Part shown: positions 38,449 through 47,738 of the stretch, one piece after another
Layout: the number at the start of each line of letters is the position of its first letter
How positions within the stretch are numbered: position 1 is the stretch's first letter
NCBI GenBank assembly: GCA_026395595.1
Contig: JAPLYL010000003.1
Span: forward strand, 76,136-140,135
Direction of reading: 5' to 3'
Origin: Candidatus Parcubacteria bacterium
Lineage (GTDB): Bacteria; Patescibacteriota; Minisyncoccia; Phycocordibacterales; CAIJYI01
Length of the DNA: 64,000 nt
Made by a program: the position numbers and the translations under genes
The notes under the pieces: model-generated
Seen by the model: only the letters and a program-made list of their open reading frames with translations
Databases searched by the model: none
Told to the model about the DNA's origin: nothing

Positions 38449-40101
38449 ATGTCAAAGCAAATAATCTACGATGAAAAAGCTCGGGCTCTTTTAAAAGAAG
38501 GGGTTGATAAAGTGGCGAACGCGGTGAAGATCACTATTGGCCCTCGCGGTAAGAATGTTATTCTTGACCGAAGTTATGGATCTCCGATGATTACGAATGA
38601 TGGCGTTACTATCGCCAAAGAAATTTCTCTTTCCGATAAGGTGGAAAATATGGGAGCGGAAATGATCAAAGAGGTCGCTTCCAAAACGAATGAAGTGGCC
38701 GGCGATGGTACGACGACCGCGGTGGTTCTCGCACAAGCGATGATATCTGAAGGAATGAAGAAAACGACTATGGGAGTAAATGCCATGGGCGTTCGTTTGG
38801 GGATTGAAGCCGGAGCGGAAGCAATCGTCGCTGCGCTTAAAGCTATGGCGAAACCGATTAAGAATCATTCTGAAATAAAACAGGTCGCCACTATTTCCGC
38901 CGAGTCCGAAGAGATTGGAAAGATTATTGCCGATACTATTGATAAAGTCGGACAAGACGGCGTTGTGACCGTTGAAGAATCGCAGACAGTCGGCATTGAA
39001 TCCGAAGTGGTGAAAGGCCTGCAATTTGAAAAAGGGTACGTCTCTCCGTATCTCATTACGAATGCAGAAAGAATGGACGCGGAATATAGCGATGTAGCCG
39101 TTCTTCTTACTGACAAAAAAATATCTTCCATTAAAGAAATTCTTCCTTTGTTGGAAAAGTTGGCACAGACCGGAAAAAAAGATTTGGTCATTATCGCTGA
39201 CGATGTTGACGGCGAGGCGCTCTCAACTTTTATCGTCAACAAGCTTCGCGGAACCTTTAACATTCTTGCGGTGAAAGCGCCGGGATTCGGAGACAGAAAA
39301 AAAGAAACCTTGGCTGACATTGCCGTCGTTATTGGAGGAAAAGTTGTCTCCGAAGATGTTGGAATGAAATTGGAAACGGCTGAAATTACGGTTCTCGGAC
39401 ATGCGGGAAAAGTTATCGCCACAAAAGACCATACCACTATCGTCGGAGGAAAAGGGAAGAAGCAGGACATTGATTCTCGTATCGCTCAGATTCGCAAACA
39501 GATGGAAACGACTGATTCAAAATTTGATAAAGAAAAACTGACAGAAAGACTCGCGAAACTCGCTGGAGGCGTAGCGGTCATTAAGGTAGGGGCTGCGACG
39601 GAAACGGAAATGAAATATCTGAAATTAAAAATAGAGGATGCGGTCAATGCGACGAAAGCTGCTATTGAAGAAGGTGTTGTTCCGGGAGGCGGAGTGGCTC
39701 TGGTAAAGGCTGCAGAAAAATTGAGCGCAAAACCTGTGGTCGCACCGCTTAAGAATTTTGAAGCGGAATACAAGGTGGGTTGGGAAATCGTCATGAAGGC
39801 GGTGGAAGCTCCTCTTCGCCAGATCGCCATCAATGCCGGAAAAGACGGTTCCGTAATCGTTGAAAAAGTGCGAACCTCAAAAGGAAATGGCGGTTATGAT
39901 GCTAAGGCGGACGAAATGATCGCTGATATGCTTCTCGCCGGAATCATTGATCCGGTCAAAGTAACCAGAAGTGGATTACAGAACGCCGCGAGTGCCGCAG
40001 CTATTCTTCTTACTACGGAAGTTGCTATTACGGAAGAACCAAAAGAAGAAAAACAAATGGGAGGAGGAATGCCTGGGGGTATGGGTGGAATGGACTACTA
40101 A
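38449..40101 (+). CDS. groEL: Chaperonin GroEL
   Basis: TNDGVTIA, GDGTTT, KAPGFGD, GGM tail. Confidence 0.98.
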   Translation: MSKQIIYDEKARALLKEGVDKVANAVKITIGPRGKNVILDRSYGSPMITNDGVTIAKEISLSDKVENMGAEMIKEVASKTNEVAGDGTTTAVVLAQAMISEGMKKTTMGVNAMGVRLGIEAGAEAIVAALKAMAKPIKNHSEIKQVATISAESEEIGKIIADTIDKVGQDGVVTVEESQTVGIESEVVKGLQFEKGYVSPYLITNAERMDAEYSDVAVLLTDKKISSIKEILPLLEKLAQTGKKDLVIIADDVDGEALSTFIVNKLRGTFNILAVKAPGFGDRKKETLADIAVVIGGKVVSEDVGMKLETAEITVLGHAGKVIATKDHTTIVGGKGKKQDIDSRIAQIRKQMETTDSKFDKEKLTERLAKLAGGVAVIKVGAATETEMKYLKLKIEDAVNATKAAIEEGVVPGGGVALVKAAEKLSAKPVVAPLKNFEAEYKVGWEIVMKAVEAPLRQIAINAGKDGSVIVEKVRTSKGNGGYDAKADEMIADMLLAGIIDPVKVTRSGLQNAASAAAILLTTEVAITEEPKEEKQMGGGMPGGMGGMDY

Positions 40102-40269
40102 TAATAGAAAATGGATGCATAAAAAACGCTTGTCGGTTAACTCTGACAGGCGTTTTTTGGGATCATCCTATGTATTGTATTGACGCATCTAGTAGCATCT
40201 TGTACTATAAAGAAGGACTTGCTTCGGCAAAAAAGTACATTTTTAAGAATTTAGAGAGGAGTAAAACTT

Positions 40270-40401
40270 ATGGGATATATCGGAAAAGAAAAAATAATCG
40301 TATTGTCAGCCGCAATGTTTGGATTATTCACATTCGGGTGCATCGCATCTTCCATTATTGTCGCCGGGTACATTACCTATCGTCTCGTTCCTTACGTTTA
40401 G
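40270..40401 (+). CDS. Small membrane peptide (43 aa)
   Basis: TTGACG-17-TACTAT promoter, AGAGGAG SD, MGYIGKEKIIVLSAAMFGLF..., terminator after. Confidence 0.55.
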   Translation: MGYIGKEKIIVLSAAMFGLFTFGCIASSIIVAGYITYRLVPYV

Positions 40402-40550
40402 AAAAGAAAGTTTTAAAGATTGTTTTAAATCGCCTTGGTTACAGAGCCAAGGCGATTTTTTGTAACTTTTTTTGAGTTTTCCTTTGCGAAAGAACTTTTT
40501 GTCTTATATAATGAAAAGAAATAGTTACCCACTAACTTCTTTTTTGTTCT

Positions 40551-41555
40551 ATGTCTCATGAAATTTTTCACAAACTTAAAAAAATTCTTGTCACCAGCGT
40601 TCTTTTAATTGTCGGCCTCTCTGTTTTTCTGATTATTTCCATTATTTTAATTTCTCTTTCGGGGAAGTCTGGCGGTAATAAAGCAAGTTTATCGACTGTC
40701 GCGTCGTATGGTATTGGACGCGGAAGCGGTTTCCTTGCTGAAGATTCGATGATGAAAAGAGAAGGAACGGTTTCCTCTCCGCTTGCTCCTGAAAATTCAC
40801 AGACGACGAGCGTCAGCTCTGGCAGTGATGTCAGTCCCATTATTGAAAGAAAGCTCATGCAAGATGGCAGTCTTTCTCTTGTCGTCAGGCAGGTAGAAGC
40901 GGCGGTTTCTTCTTTAACTAATGTCGCTCAAAATTTAGGAGGGCGCATAGATGATGTTCAGTATTCCAATGCAAAAGAATTTGGCAGGAAAAGAGCCGTA
41001 GTAACCCTTCGCGTTCCCTCAGTGAATTTTGACTCGGCAATGACCCAAGCGAAACAGATAGCGCTTGCCGTAGAATCGGAAAATATCTCTACACGCGATG
41101 TTACGGAACAATTCATTGATATGCAGGCGCGCCTGAAAAATTTGAAAGCCGAAGAGGAACAATATCAGCAGATTATGCAAAAAACGACCGACATTACTGA
41201 CACGTTGGAAGTTTCTCAATATCTGTTTGATACCCGTCAGCAGATAGAACAACTCCAAGGGCAGATGAATTATCTTTCCCGACAAGTTGATATGTCGGTC
41301 ATTACCATATCGCTTTCATCTGATCCTGATATTGATGCAGCGAATATCGTCTGGAATCCAATGACGACCGTTAAAGGAGCCGTTCAGTATTTTATTCGCG
41401 CGTTTTATTGGTTGATAGATGCGATTATCTGGGGGGTGCTTTCTTTCCTTCCTTTGGTTGTTGTCTTCGGAGGTATTGCTTTTCTTTTTGTCTGGATTTT
41501 TATCAAATTCCTCCGTCCTTGGTACCACAACATTAAAGATTTCTTCCATTTCTAA
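40551..41555 (+). CDS. DUF4349 domain membrane protein
   Basis: TLRVPS, DVTEQFID..ARL.NL, IEQLQGQ..YL..QV..S.I.I. Confidence 0.88.
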   Translation: MSHEIFHKLKKILVTSVLLIVGLSVFLIISIILISLSGKSGGNKASLSTVASYGIGRGSGFLAEDSMMKREGTVSSPLAPENSQTTSVSSGSDVSPIIERKLMQDGSLSLVVRQVEAAVSSLTNVAQNLGGRIDDVQYSNAKEFGRKRAVVTLRVPSVNFDSAMTQAKQIALAVESENISTRDVTEQFIDMQARLKNLKAEEEQYQQIMQKTTDITDTLEVSQYLFDTRQQIEQLQGQMNYLSRQVDMSVITISLSSDPDIDAANIVWNPMTTVKGAVQYFIRAFYWLIDAIIWGVLSFLPLVVVFGGIAFLFVWIFIKFLRPWYHNIKDFFHF

Positions 41556-41611
41556 ACTATTCTTTGTGTGGTATAGTACCACTGTAGGTTAACATTATAA
41601 AGAAAACATAT

Positions 41612-42184
41612 ATGATATATCAAACCGCAGGAATGATTCTTGCATCTATTATTATCGTCATTGCTTTGGTTGTACTTTTTGCTTACAACCGGTTCGTCAG
41701 GTTGATGATTAACGCCAAAGAAGCATGGGCGGATATTGATGTTCAATTAAAAAGGCGTTATGACCTAATTCCGAACTTGGTAAATACGGTCAAAGGATAT
41801 GCGACCCACGAAAGCGGAGTTTTTGAAAAAGTTACCGAAGCAAGAAGCAAAGCCATGCAGGCGGGAACTCCCGCAGAAAAAGGACAAGCGGAAGATATGC
41901 TTTCCGGCACCCTCAAATCGCTTTTTGCCATTTCAGAAGCGTATCCGGAACTGAAAGCGAATCAGAATTTTCTTGCTTTGCAAGGCGAACTTTCCGACAC
42001 GGAAAACAAAATTCAAGCCGCCCGAAGATTTTACAACGGCAATGTCCGCGACCTGAACACTGCCATTGAAATGTTCCCCGGAAATATCATCGCCGGCATG
42101 TTCTCAAAATTCGCCAAAATGGAATTCTTCCTGCTCGGAGAAGGAGAGCAATCAGCGAAACAGCCGGTAGAAGTAAAGTTTTAA
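41612..42184 (+). CDS. lemA: LemA family protein
   Basis: IDVQLKRRYDLIPNLV, EAYPELKA, ARRFYN. Confidence 0.96.
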   Translation: MIYQTAGMILASIIIVIALVVLFAYNRFVRLMINAKEAWADIDVQLKRRYDLIPNLVNTVKGYATHESGVFEKVTEARSKAMQAGTPAEKGQAEDMLSGTLKSLFAISEAYPELKANQNFLALQGELSDTENKIQAARRFYNGNVRDLNTAIEMFPGNIIAGMFSKFAKMEFFLLGEGEQSAKQPVEVKF

Positions 42185-42264
42185 CTTAACATAAAAATTG
42201 CCGGCCATAAGGTCGGCAATTTTTTGTACTTTTCTTTTTTGTTTTTTCCGTATACCATATACCT

Positions 42265-43158
42265 ATGGCAACACTATATACTTTGCAAAGCACGAATACT
42301 CGTCGGACGTGGTATCTTATGACCACCTTCTTTATTGTGATTATGATGCTCGGTTGGGCGGTAAGCTGGTATTATGGAAGTTCTGCAATCCTGTATGGCT
42401 TTGTTTTCTTTAGCATATTCATGAACATTTTCAGTTATTGGTTTTCCGACAAAATAGTCCTCTCCATGTCCGGGGCGAAAGAAATAACTCGCAACGCGTA
42501 TTTTGACCTCTGGAACATTGTTGAAAATCTTTCTATTACCGCAGGACTTCCCATGCCGAAAGTCTATGTGATTGATGATCCGGCTCCGAACGCTTTTGCG
42601 ACGGGCCGCGATAAAGAACATTCCGCCGTGGCGGTAACAACAGGACTCCTCGGAATGATGGAACGAAGCGAACTGGAGGGGGTGATCGCTCATGAACTTT
42701 CTCACGTGGGGAATAAAGATATTCTTTTGCAAACCGTCGTTGTTATTCTTGTCGGTTTCGTTACTTTGCTGGCTGACTTTTTTATACGTTCCACTTTTTG
42801 GAGCGGGGGACGAGATCGTGATGATAGGGCGGGAGGTATTGCTTTGGTTATCGGTATTGTTTTGTCTATTTTGGCACCTCTTTTTGCTCAACTCATACAG
42901 CTCGCGATTTCCAGAAAAAGAGAATTTCTCGCCGATGCATCGGGGGCTCTTTTGACTCGTTATCCCGAAGGACTCGCCATGGCTCTGGAAAAAATATCCG
43001 GCTATAAAGGGGGAATGAAAACCGCCAACCGAGCGACCGCCCATATGTTCATCGCCAACCCCTTCGGCCCCGCCGGTTTCAAAGGAAAAGCCGCCACTCT
43101 CTTTATGACCCATCCGCCGGTGGAACAGAGGATTAAGGCCCTCCGAGACATGGCGTAA
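42265..43158 (+). CDS. htpX: HtpX (M48) zinc metalloprotease
   Basis: PNAFATG, HELSH, SRKREFLAD, THPP. Confidence 0.95.
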   Translation: MATLYTLQSTNTRRTWYLMTTFFIVIMMLGWAVSWYYGSSAILYGFVFFSIFMNIFSYWFSDKIVLSMSGAKEITRNAYFDLWNIVENLSITAGLPMPKVYVIDDPAPNAFATGRDKEHSAVAVTTGLLGMMERSELEGVIAHELSHVGNKDILLQTVVVILVGFVTLLADFFIRSTFWSGGRDRDDRAGGIALVIGIVLSILAPLFAQLIQLAISRKREFLADASGALLTRYPEGLAMALEKISGYKGGMKTANRATAHMFIANPFGPAGFKGKAATLFMTHPPVEQRIKALRDMA

Positions 43159-43179
43159 TGTTTTTTCACTTAGCGGACA

Positions 43180-43241
43180 AAGGTCTTCCCTTAAGGAGGA
43201 ATGAAGCGAAGCGGAATGACGGGGAAAGGGGAGACCTTGGG
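43180..43241. repeat. REP-like hairpin element, copy 2
   Basis: Matches 6539-6590 with about 10 extra internal nt (CGAAGCGGAA). Confidence 0.85.
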
Positions 43242-43329
43242 TAGCGGTACCCCCCCTGATTTCCCGTTCCAACCACACGTGCAAAAAATCTTTTTTTCTG
43301 ATATAGTGGGAACACAATTTAATAGAGCA

Positions 43330-43414
43330 GGAGGGTTCGCATAGTGGCCGAGTGCGCGCGCTTGGAAAGCGCGTAGGGGGCAACCTCTCATGAGTTCGAA
43401 TCTCATACCCTCCG
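43330..43414 (+). tRNA. tRNA-Ser (anticodon GGA), CCA not encoded
   Basis: Acceptor GGAGGGT/ACCCTCC, anticodon arm CGCGC-TTGGAAA-GCGCG, long variable arm, T arm ATGAG-TTCGAAT-CTCAT. Confidence 0.97.
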
Positions 43415-43438
43415 CAGATTTGGAACGCAGTGGAAAAG

Positions 43439-43510
43439 CTGCGGAGGGTATGAGATGAGAAGTTTATCCTCGGTAGCGAAGCGGACGGGGAAATCTCATA
43501 CCCTCCGCCA
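43439..43510. repeat. Inverted (43439-43456) and direct (43492-43510) copies of the tRNA-Ser 3' end
   Basis: CTGCGGAGGGTATGAGAT is the reverse complement of 43400-43417; AATCTCATACCCTCCGCCA is a direct copy ending in CCA. Confidence 0.92.
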
Positions 43511-43583
43511 AGAATATTTTGTATCGGATGACCCAAGTGTATTGAAGATGGAACATTCGAACTGGTTTTGGTATAATATTTAT

Positions 43584-44060
43584 ATGAAGGGATTTGAACA
43601 AGCACCAATAGAAAACTCGGACTCTACTATAGAGACAATAGATAACTCGCCCGAAAAGAAACATAGTGAAGAAGAAAATATGTGGGATATTCTGCAAGAT
43701 GTTATTGATAACAGGTTCGAGGTGTTCAATGTAGATACTATGGCAGACTACGACGCGGATTTTTCTGGAAGTGAACCTTTGTTTATAAACATTTGGAATA
43801 AAAAGCCGGGGTCCGGGTTAGGATATGTTGTTTTTCACGATTTCTTACGGAGAGTAGGAACAGGAAAGACTTTTTTGTCGACAGATTTTACAGGACCGGG
43901 GGTGAGTCTTTTTAAGAAAGCGTCCAATGCTGGATTAATCAAGCAAGTGTCAGAACCTACTGGTCTACAAAGACTTACCAAATGGGAGGTCACAGGAGAC
44001 CCTGTTGCTAACATGGAAAAGATGAGAGATTCTTGCAATAAGAATTCCTCTACTAAGTAA
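43584..44060 (+). CDS. Hypothetical protein
   Basis: TATAAT 6 nt before ATG; GSGLG segment weakly GNAT-like. Confidence 0.6.
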   Translation: MKGFEQAPIENSDSTIETIDNSPEKKHSEEENMWDILQDVIDNRFEVFNVDTMADYDADFSGSEPLFINIWNKKPGSGLGYVVFHDFLRRVGTGKTFLSTDFTGPGVSLFKKASNAGLIKQVSEPTGLQRLTKWEVTGDPVANMEKMRDSCNKNSSTK

Positions 44061-44110
44061 CAAATTTCTTCCTCTTGACCGTCCCGACCTGAGTGCCTTA
44101 ACTTCACTCG

Positions 44111-44174
44111 GGAAAATGATCTACAATACCTTTACAAGGTCTTGCCTCCTGGATACTTAACCCGAGTGGCCCGC
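44111..44174 (+). repeat. Ser-array spacer copy S1
   Basis: TACAATACCTTTACAAG...AACCCGAGTGGCCCGC shared with 44858-44924. Confidence 0.75.
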
Positions 44175-44237
44175 TCGTAGTATTTTTTATCGGATCTGTG
44201 CCGCGAGGCTTGGTTTTGGAAAATTTTTAAATTCTAT

Positions 44238-44804
44238 ATGAAATTTTTACTAATCGATAACGGTACAAGCTATCTTTCGCAGCTCAAAAATCTTCTCTCA
44301 GGATACTCCTTTCAGGTTATCAAATATTTTGAGTTGTCATCAATCAATATTGATGATTTTGATGTGATTATCCTTTCTGGCGGACATCGTCTTCCAATAG
44401 AAGGGAATGAAGGCCTTTTTTGCGAGGAAATAACACTGGTGAAAAATTCCAAACAGCCTATCTTCGGCATTTGTTTCGGTTTTGAAATTATCGCGCATGC
44501 CTTTGGGGCAAAACTTGAGCGAATGCAAAACAAAGAGCACAACATTATTGATATTAAAATAAACGAACCCGATAGTATATTTTTGGATATCCTCAATTTC
44601 CAAGTTTTTGAAAACCATCGGTGGGTAGTGAGAGAGGTGCCCGAAAATTTGATGGTATTGGCAGTTTCTAAAGATGGCATTGAAGCAATAAAGCACAAGA
44701 CAAAACCCATATACGCTGTACAATTTCACCCGGAGATGTTTGTGGAAAAGACATGCGGGGACGAAATTTTTTGCAATTTTCTGCGTACCATAAAGAAGAT
44801 ATGA
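44238..44804 (+). CDS. Class I glutamine amidotransferase (GuaA/TrpG-like), standalone
   Basis: LIDNG, ILSGG, GICFG, QFHPE. Confidence 0.9.
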   Translation: MKFLLIDNGTSYLSQLKNLLSGYSFQVIKYFELSSINIDDFDVIILSGGHRLPIEGNEGLFCEEITLVKNSKQPIFGICFGFEIIAHAFGAKLERMQNKEHNIIDIKINEPDSIFLDILNFQVFENHRWVVREVPENLMVLAVSKDGIEAIKHKTKPIYAVQFHPEMFVEKTCGDEIFCNFLRTIKKI

Positions 44805-44857
44805 GGATTGCCTCAATTTCATAAAAACAGACATACTCGGAGACCTCTGCGTACGTA

Positions 44858-44924
44858 GGAAAAATATGCTAAAATACCCTTACAAGTTGTTGGACTCGCT
44901 AGTACTGAACCCGAGTGGCCCGCC
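44858..44924 (+). repeat. Ser-array spacer copy S2
   Basis: TATGCTAAAATACCCTTACAAG...TCGCTAGTACTGAACCCGAGTGGCCCGCC. Confidence 0.78.
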
Positions 44925-45002
44925 TTAAGAAAAAAATATCGGCATGACCTGTAAACATTAAAATCCCATTTCGTGTAATCACGAAATGGGATTTCTGCTA
45001 AA

Positions 45003-45770
45003 TTACTTCAAAAGAGCTAGTGCTTTGATGAGATACATTTCGGCCATATTCCAATCAATCGGGTCGAGAGCGTTTCCGCTTTGTCTCAGTTTTCCTTGAG
45101 CATCAATGCTGATATCGGGAAATTCTAGAACAAGAGGTTTAACAAGTCCTACGCTTTCCGGACCAAGTCCTCCGGCTGCAACAATGCTGATTTCGGGAAA
45201 TGCTTCTTTGACTGCTTTTGCGAACGGGATAAGTCCTGTCGCATCCATACCCAGTCCTTGTCCCATGCTTTTATCAAGAAGAACGTACTGAACGATATCT
45301 TTATAACCCGAAAGCCGTTTGACAACTTCTTTTGGATCGTCATTCGCTTCTTCAATGGCGTTCTTTCCGATTTGCAAAATAACCTCTAAATTAACCCCTG
45401 AAGCAAAAACTGCCTTGGCGATGTAATCGGGATTCGGCCATATCATATCGAGTTGCAAAGCATTGATACCGTTGCCGCCGTAGCTTATTGCTTTAGCGAT
45501 ACTGCACTGAACATCAATGGCTTCATAATCTGCATAATGAAGACAGTTCATTGTCTCACTTGAAGAAAAGATGTCCGCAATGTTTTCTTTTTTGGGAAAA
45601 GCCTTTGTCCATCTTGTTTCAAGATTATGAAGCGTCTTGTAGCTCATCATCACACCGACATGAAGCCTGCGGTTTTGGCTCGGAGCAAGGTTTGATTTAA
45701 ACACGGCAAGCATTTGCTGAACCTGTTCAAACGTCATGAAATCAGTGATTCCGACATATGGAATAATCAT
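45003..45770 (-). CDS. TrpF-like TIM-barrel protein
   Basis: LLDKSMGQGLG, AGGLGP, IDAQGKL; divergent from canonical TrpF. Confidence 0.65.
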   Translation of the reverse strand: MIIPYVGITDFMTFEQVQQMLAVFKSNLAPSQNRRLHVGVMMSYKTLHNLETRWTKAFPKKENIADIFSSSETMNCLHYADYEAIDVQCSIAKAISYGGNGINALQLDMIWPNPDYIAKAVFASGVNLEVILQIGKNAIEEANDDPKEVVKRLSGYKDIVQYVLLDKSMGQGLGMDATGLIPFAKAVKEAFPEISIVAAGGLGPESVGLVKPLVLEFPDISIDAQGKLRQSGNALDPIDWNMAEMYLIKALALLK

Positions 45771-45864
45771 AAGGTTATCTCCTTTTTTAATGAAATTTCT
45801 GTTTTCAATATTATCGGATTTGCCTCGTAAAGTCCAATATATTAAATGTCTTGCTCTGTTCGCT

Positions 45865-45951
45865 AAAAGTATGCTAAAACATCTTTATATTGCTTGAAAT
45901 CGCTGGTACTGAACCTGAGTAGTACGCAGATTTGGAATGCAGTGGAAAAGC
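45865..45951 (+). repeat. Ser-array spacer copy S3 plus copy of the tRNA-Ser downstream flank
   Basis: TATGCTAAAA...TCGCTGGTACTGAACCTGAGT then CGCAGATTTGGAATGCAGTGGAAAAGC (26/27 identical to 43413-43439). Confidence 0.85.
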
Positions 45952-45986
45952 GATAGCCATACTCACAAAAATCGAGATTAAAATTT

Positions 45987-46426
45987 ATGAAAAACACAGA
46001 GATAAAAATTACCAAGGCGGTTACTTTTGAGTCCCAAGAGATACGGGAATTGGAAACCCTTGTTTGGGAAGAAGAAGTGACCAACAAATATGATGTGCCA
46101 ATGTTTGTTCGTTTCGGGTATGTTTTTGTTGCAAAAATCGGAGATAAAATTGTCGGCGCTATGGTTACCGAACGAATGCGAATGAAGTCTATGTGAGCGA
46201 TATTGTCGTTCATCCGCAATATCAGGGCATGAAAATTGGAAAAAAACTCTTTAGAAAATTATTGCGCGTAGTGAGAGGCATGAACGTCGTTTCTTTTCTT
46301 GACCCAGAATTGGTACCGACATTTAATCTTCATAAAAAACTTGGAGGGAAAGTGATCGCAAGAGTAAAAGATCCTTACAACCTTGATACTGGAATTCGGT
46401 TGCTTGTTCGAATATCAAACTCGTAA
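45987..46426 (+). pseudogene. GNAT acetyltransferase split by a frameshift near 46170-46190
   Basis: First ORF has FVAKIGDKIVG; second frame has YVSDIVVHPQYQGMKIGKKL acetyl-CoA motif. Confidence 0.75.
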
Positions 46427-46475
46427 ATTTTTTTAAAAAAAGCCCCGTTGTTCGGGGCTTTTACTCTAGAAATTT

Positions 46476-46691
46476 TTACCACAGTCCGTATCGTTTGCCT
46501 CCAAGGGGAATGCCGGGACCTTCTGCTATTTTTGGCCATTGGCCGTCTTTAACGCGCATTCGTACTACGGCGATGAATGAGGGTATTGAAAAAATGACAT
46601 ATAATCCGACGAAACCCGCAAGTTTGGTTAATCCGGCGAACCAAAGAATAAAAGGCAGGGCAATCATTCCCAGTATGAGAAAAAGAACCAT
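46476..46691 (-). CDS. Small two-TM protein
   Basis: AGAGGAG SD upstream of ATG; hydrophobic; terminator at about 46440-46462. Confidence 0.55.
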   Translation of the reverse strand: MVLFLILGMIALPFILWFAGLTKLAGFVGLYVIFSIPSFIAVVRMRVKDGQWPKIAEGPGIPLGGKRYGLW

Positions 46692-46834
46692 TATGAATAT
46701 CTCCTCTTTTGTGAATCTAACGGAAAGGATATAGGACTTTTTCTCGCGTTGCAAGACTGTCGTCGTTTGACTAATATTGTATTAAGTGATACTATAATCT
46801 TCGGTTTTGATTTTTAACGAAAAGGAGAAAAGAC

Positions 46835-47068
46835 ATGAATGATGTTCTGCCGAATCCTAAAAAAGTTTTAACGATTCTTATGGTCGTACTCGCTTTGATT
46901 GTGGTTGTTTTTTTTACTTTATCCGGAGAACCTTTTTGGCGAACCGGCGTATTGATTCTTTTGCTTTCTTTGATCCGAGTTCCGGGACTTTTAATCTCGT
47001 CTGTCGGGAAAAAGAAATGCGTGGTGCGTAGCAAGCGTGCTCGTCGTAAAGCCCTTTTGAAAAAGTAA
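46835..47068 (+). CDS. Small two-TM protein with basic tail
   Basis: TTGACT/TATAAT promoter, AAGGAG SD, terminator after. Confidence 0.6.
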   Translation: MNDVLPNPKKVLTILMVVLALIVVVFFTLSGEPFWRTGVLILLLSLIRVPGLLISSVGKKKCVVRSKRARRKALLKK

Positions 47069-47164
47069 ATTTTGTGAATAGCGGTCGGTTTATCCGACCG
47101 CTTTTTCTTTGTGAATACAGCAGATACTGTTATAATAAAGACAAGATAACTAAATTAAAAAACC

Positions 47165-47557
47165 ATGTTCAAAGAATTCAAACAATTTGTGTTTCGCGGA
47201 AACACCGTGGATCTCGCCGTCGGTATCGTTGTTGGTACGGCCTTTCGCGACATTGTTACTGCTCTTGTTAAAGATATTCTGACTCCGGTTATTGCCGCAG
47301 TGGTAGGAGAAGTTCCGGATTTTGCCAATCTTTCATTTGTTATAAATAAAAGCCGGTTCATGTACGGAGACTTCATTAACTCCGGAATAACTTTTCTTCT
47401 TATTTTTCTAGCCTTGTTTTTCTTTGTCGTCAGACCGATGAACGTTTTGGTTGAGCACACAAAAAAGACTGCTCCTCTTACCAAAAAATGTACCGAATGT
47501 TTAAGCGAGATTCCTCTTGAAGCGAAACGGTGTTCGTTTTGCGGACAAAAGCAATAA
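47165..47557 (+). CDS. mscL: Large-conductance mechanosensitive channel with C-terminal CxxC-CxxC
   Basis: MFKEFKQF..RGN.VDLAVG, YGDFIN. Confidence 0.95.
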   Translation: MFKEFKQFVFRGNTVDLAVGIVVGTAFRDIVTALVKDILTPVIAAVVGEVPDFANLSFVINKSRFMYGDFINSGITFLLIFLALFFFVVRPMNVLVEHTKKTAPLTKKCTECLSEIPLEAKRCSFCGQKQ

Positions 47558-47629
47558 AATAGCCAATCAAAACCCCGCAATGTCTGCGTGGTTGACTTTT
47601 TTCTTGAAAAACACTATATTGTGTATCTA

Positions 47630-47730
47630 AGCCGCGAAGAAAAGAGGCATCCATAAGCCCTCTCGAGTGGGTCGATCTTCGGTTGTATGGAATTTTTCCA
47701 TACAGAGCACGGCTGTTTAGCCGTTTTTTT
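47630..47730 (+). promoter_or_regulatory. Ribosomal protein L10 leader (autoregulatory RNA)
   Basis: GAAGA-AAAGAGG...CCTCTCGAG pattern and terminator-like hairpin between a TTGACT promoter and rplJ. Confidence 0.65.
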
Positions 47731-47738
47731 ATGTATAT

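Noticed and set aside
40170-40475. 101-aa track ORF
   Set aside because: Spans a promoter and terminator; the SD-led 43-aa ORF at 40270 fits better.
42274-43608. 444-aa minus-strand ORF
   Set aside because: Antisense shadow of htpX and tRNA-Ser; the same applies to 35821-36813, 61059-61976 and other long antisense ORFs.
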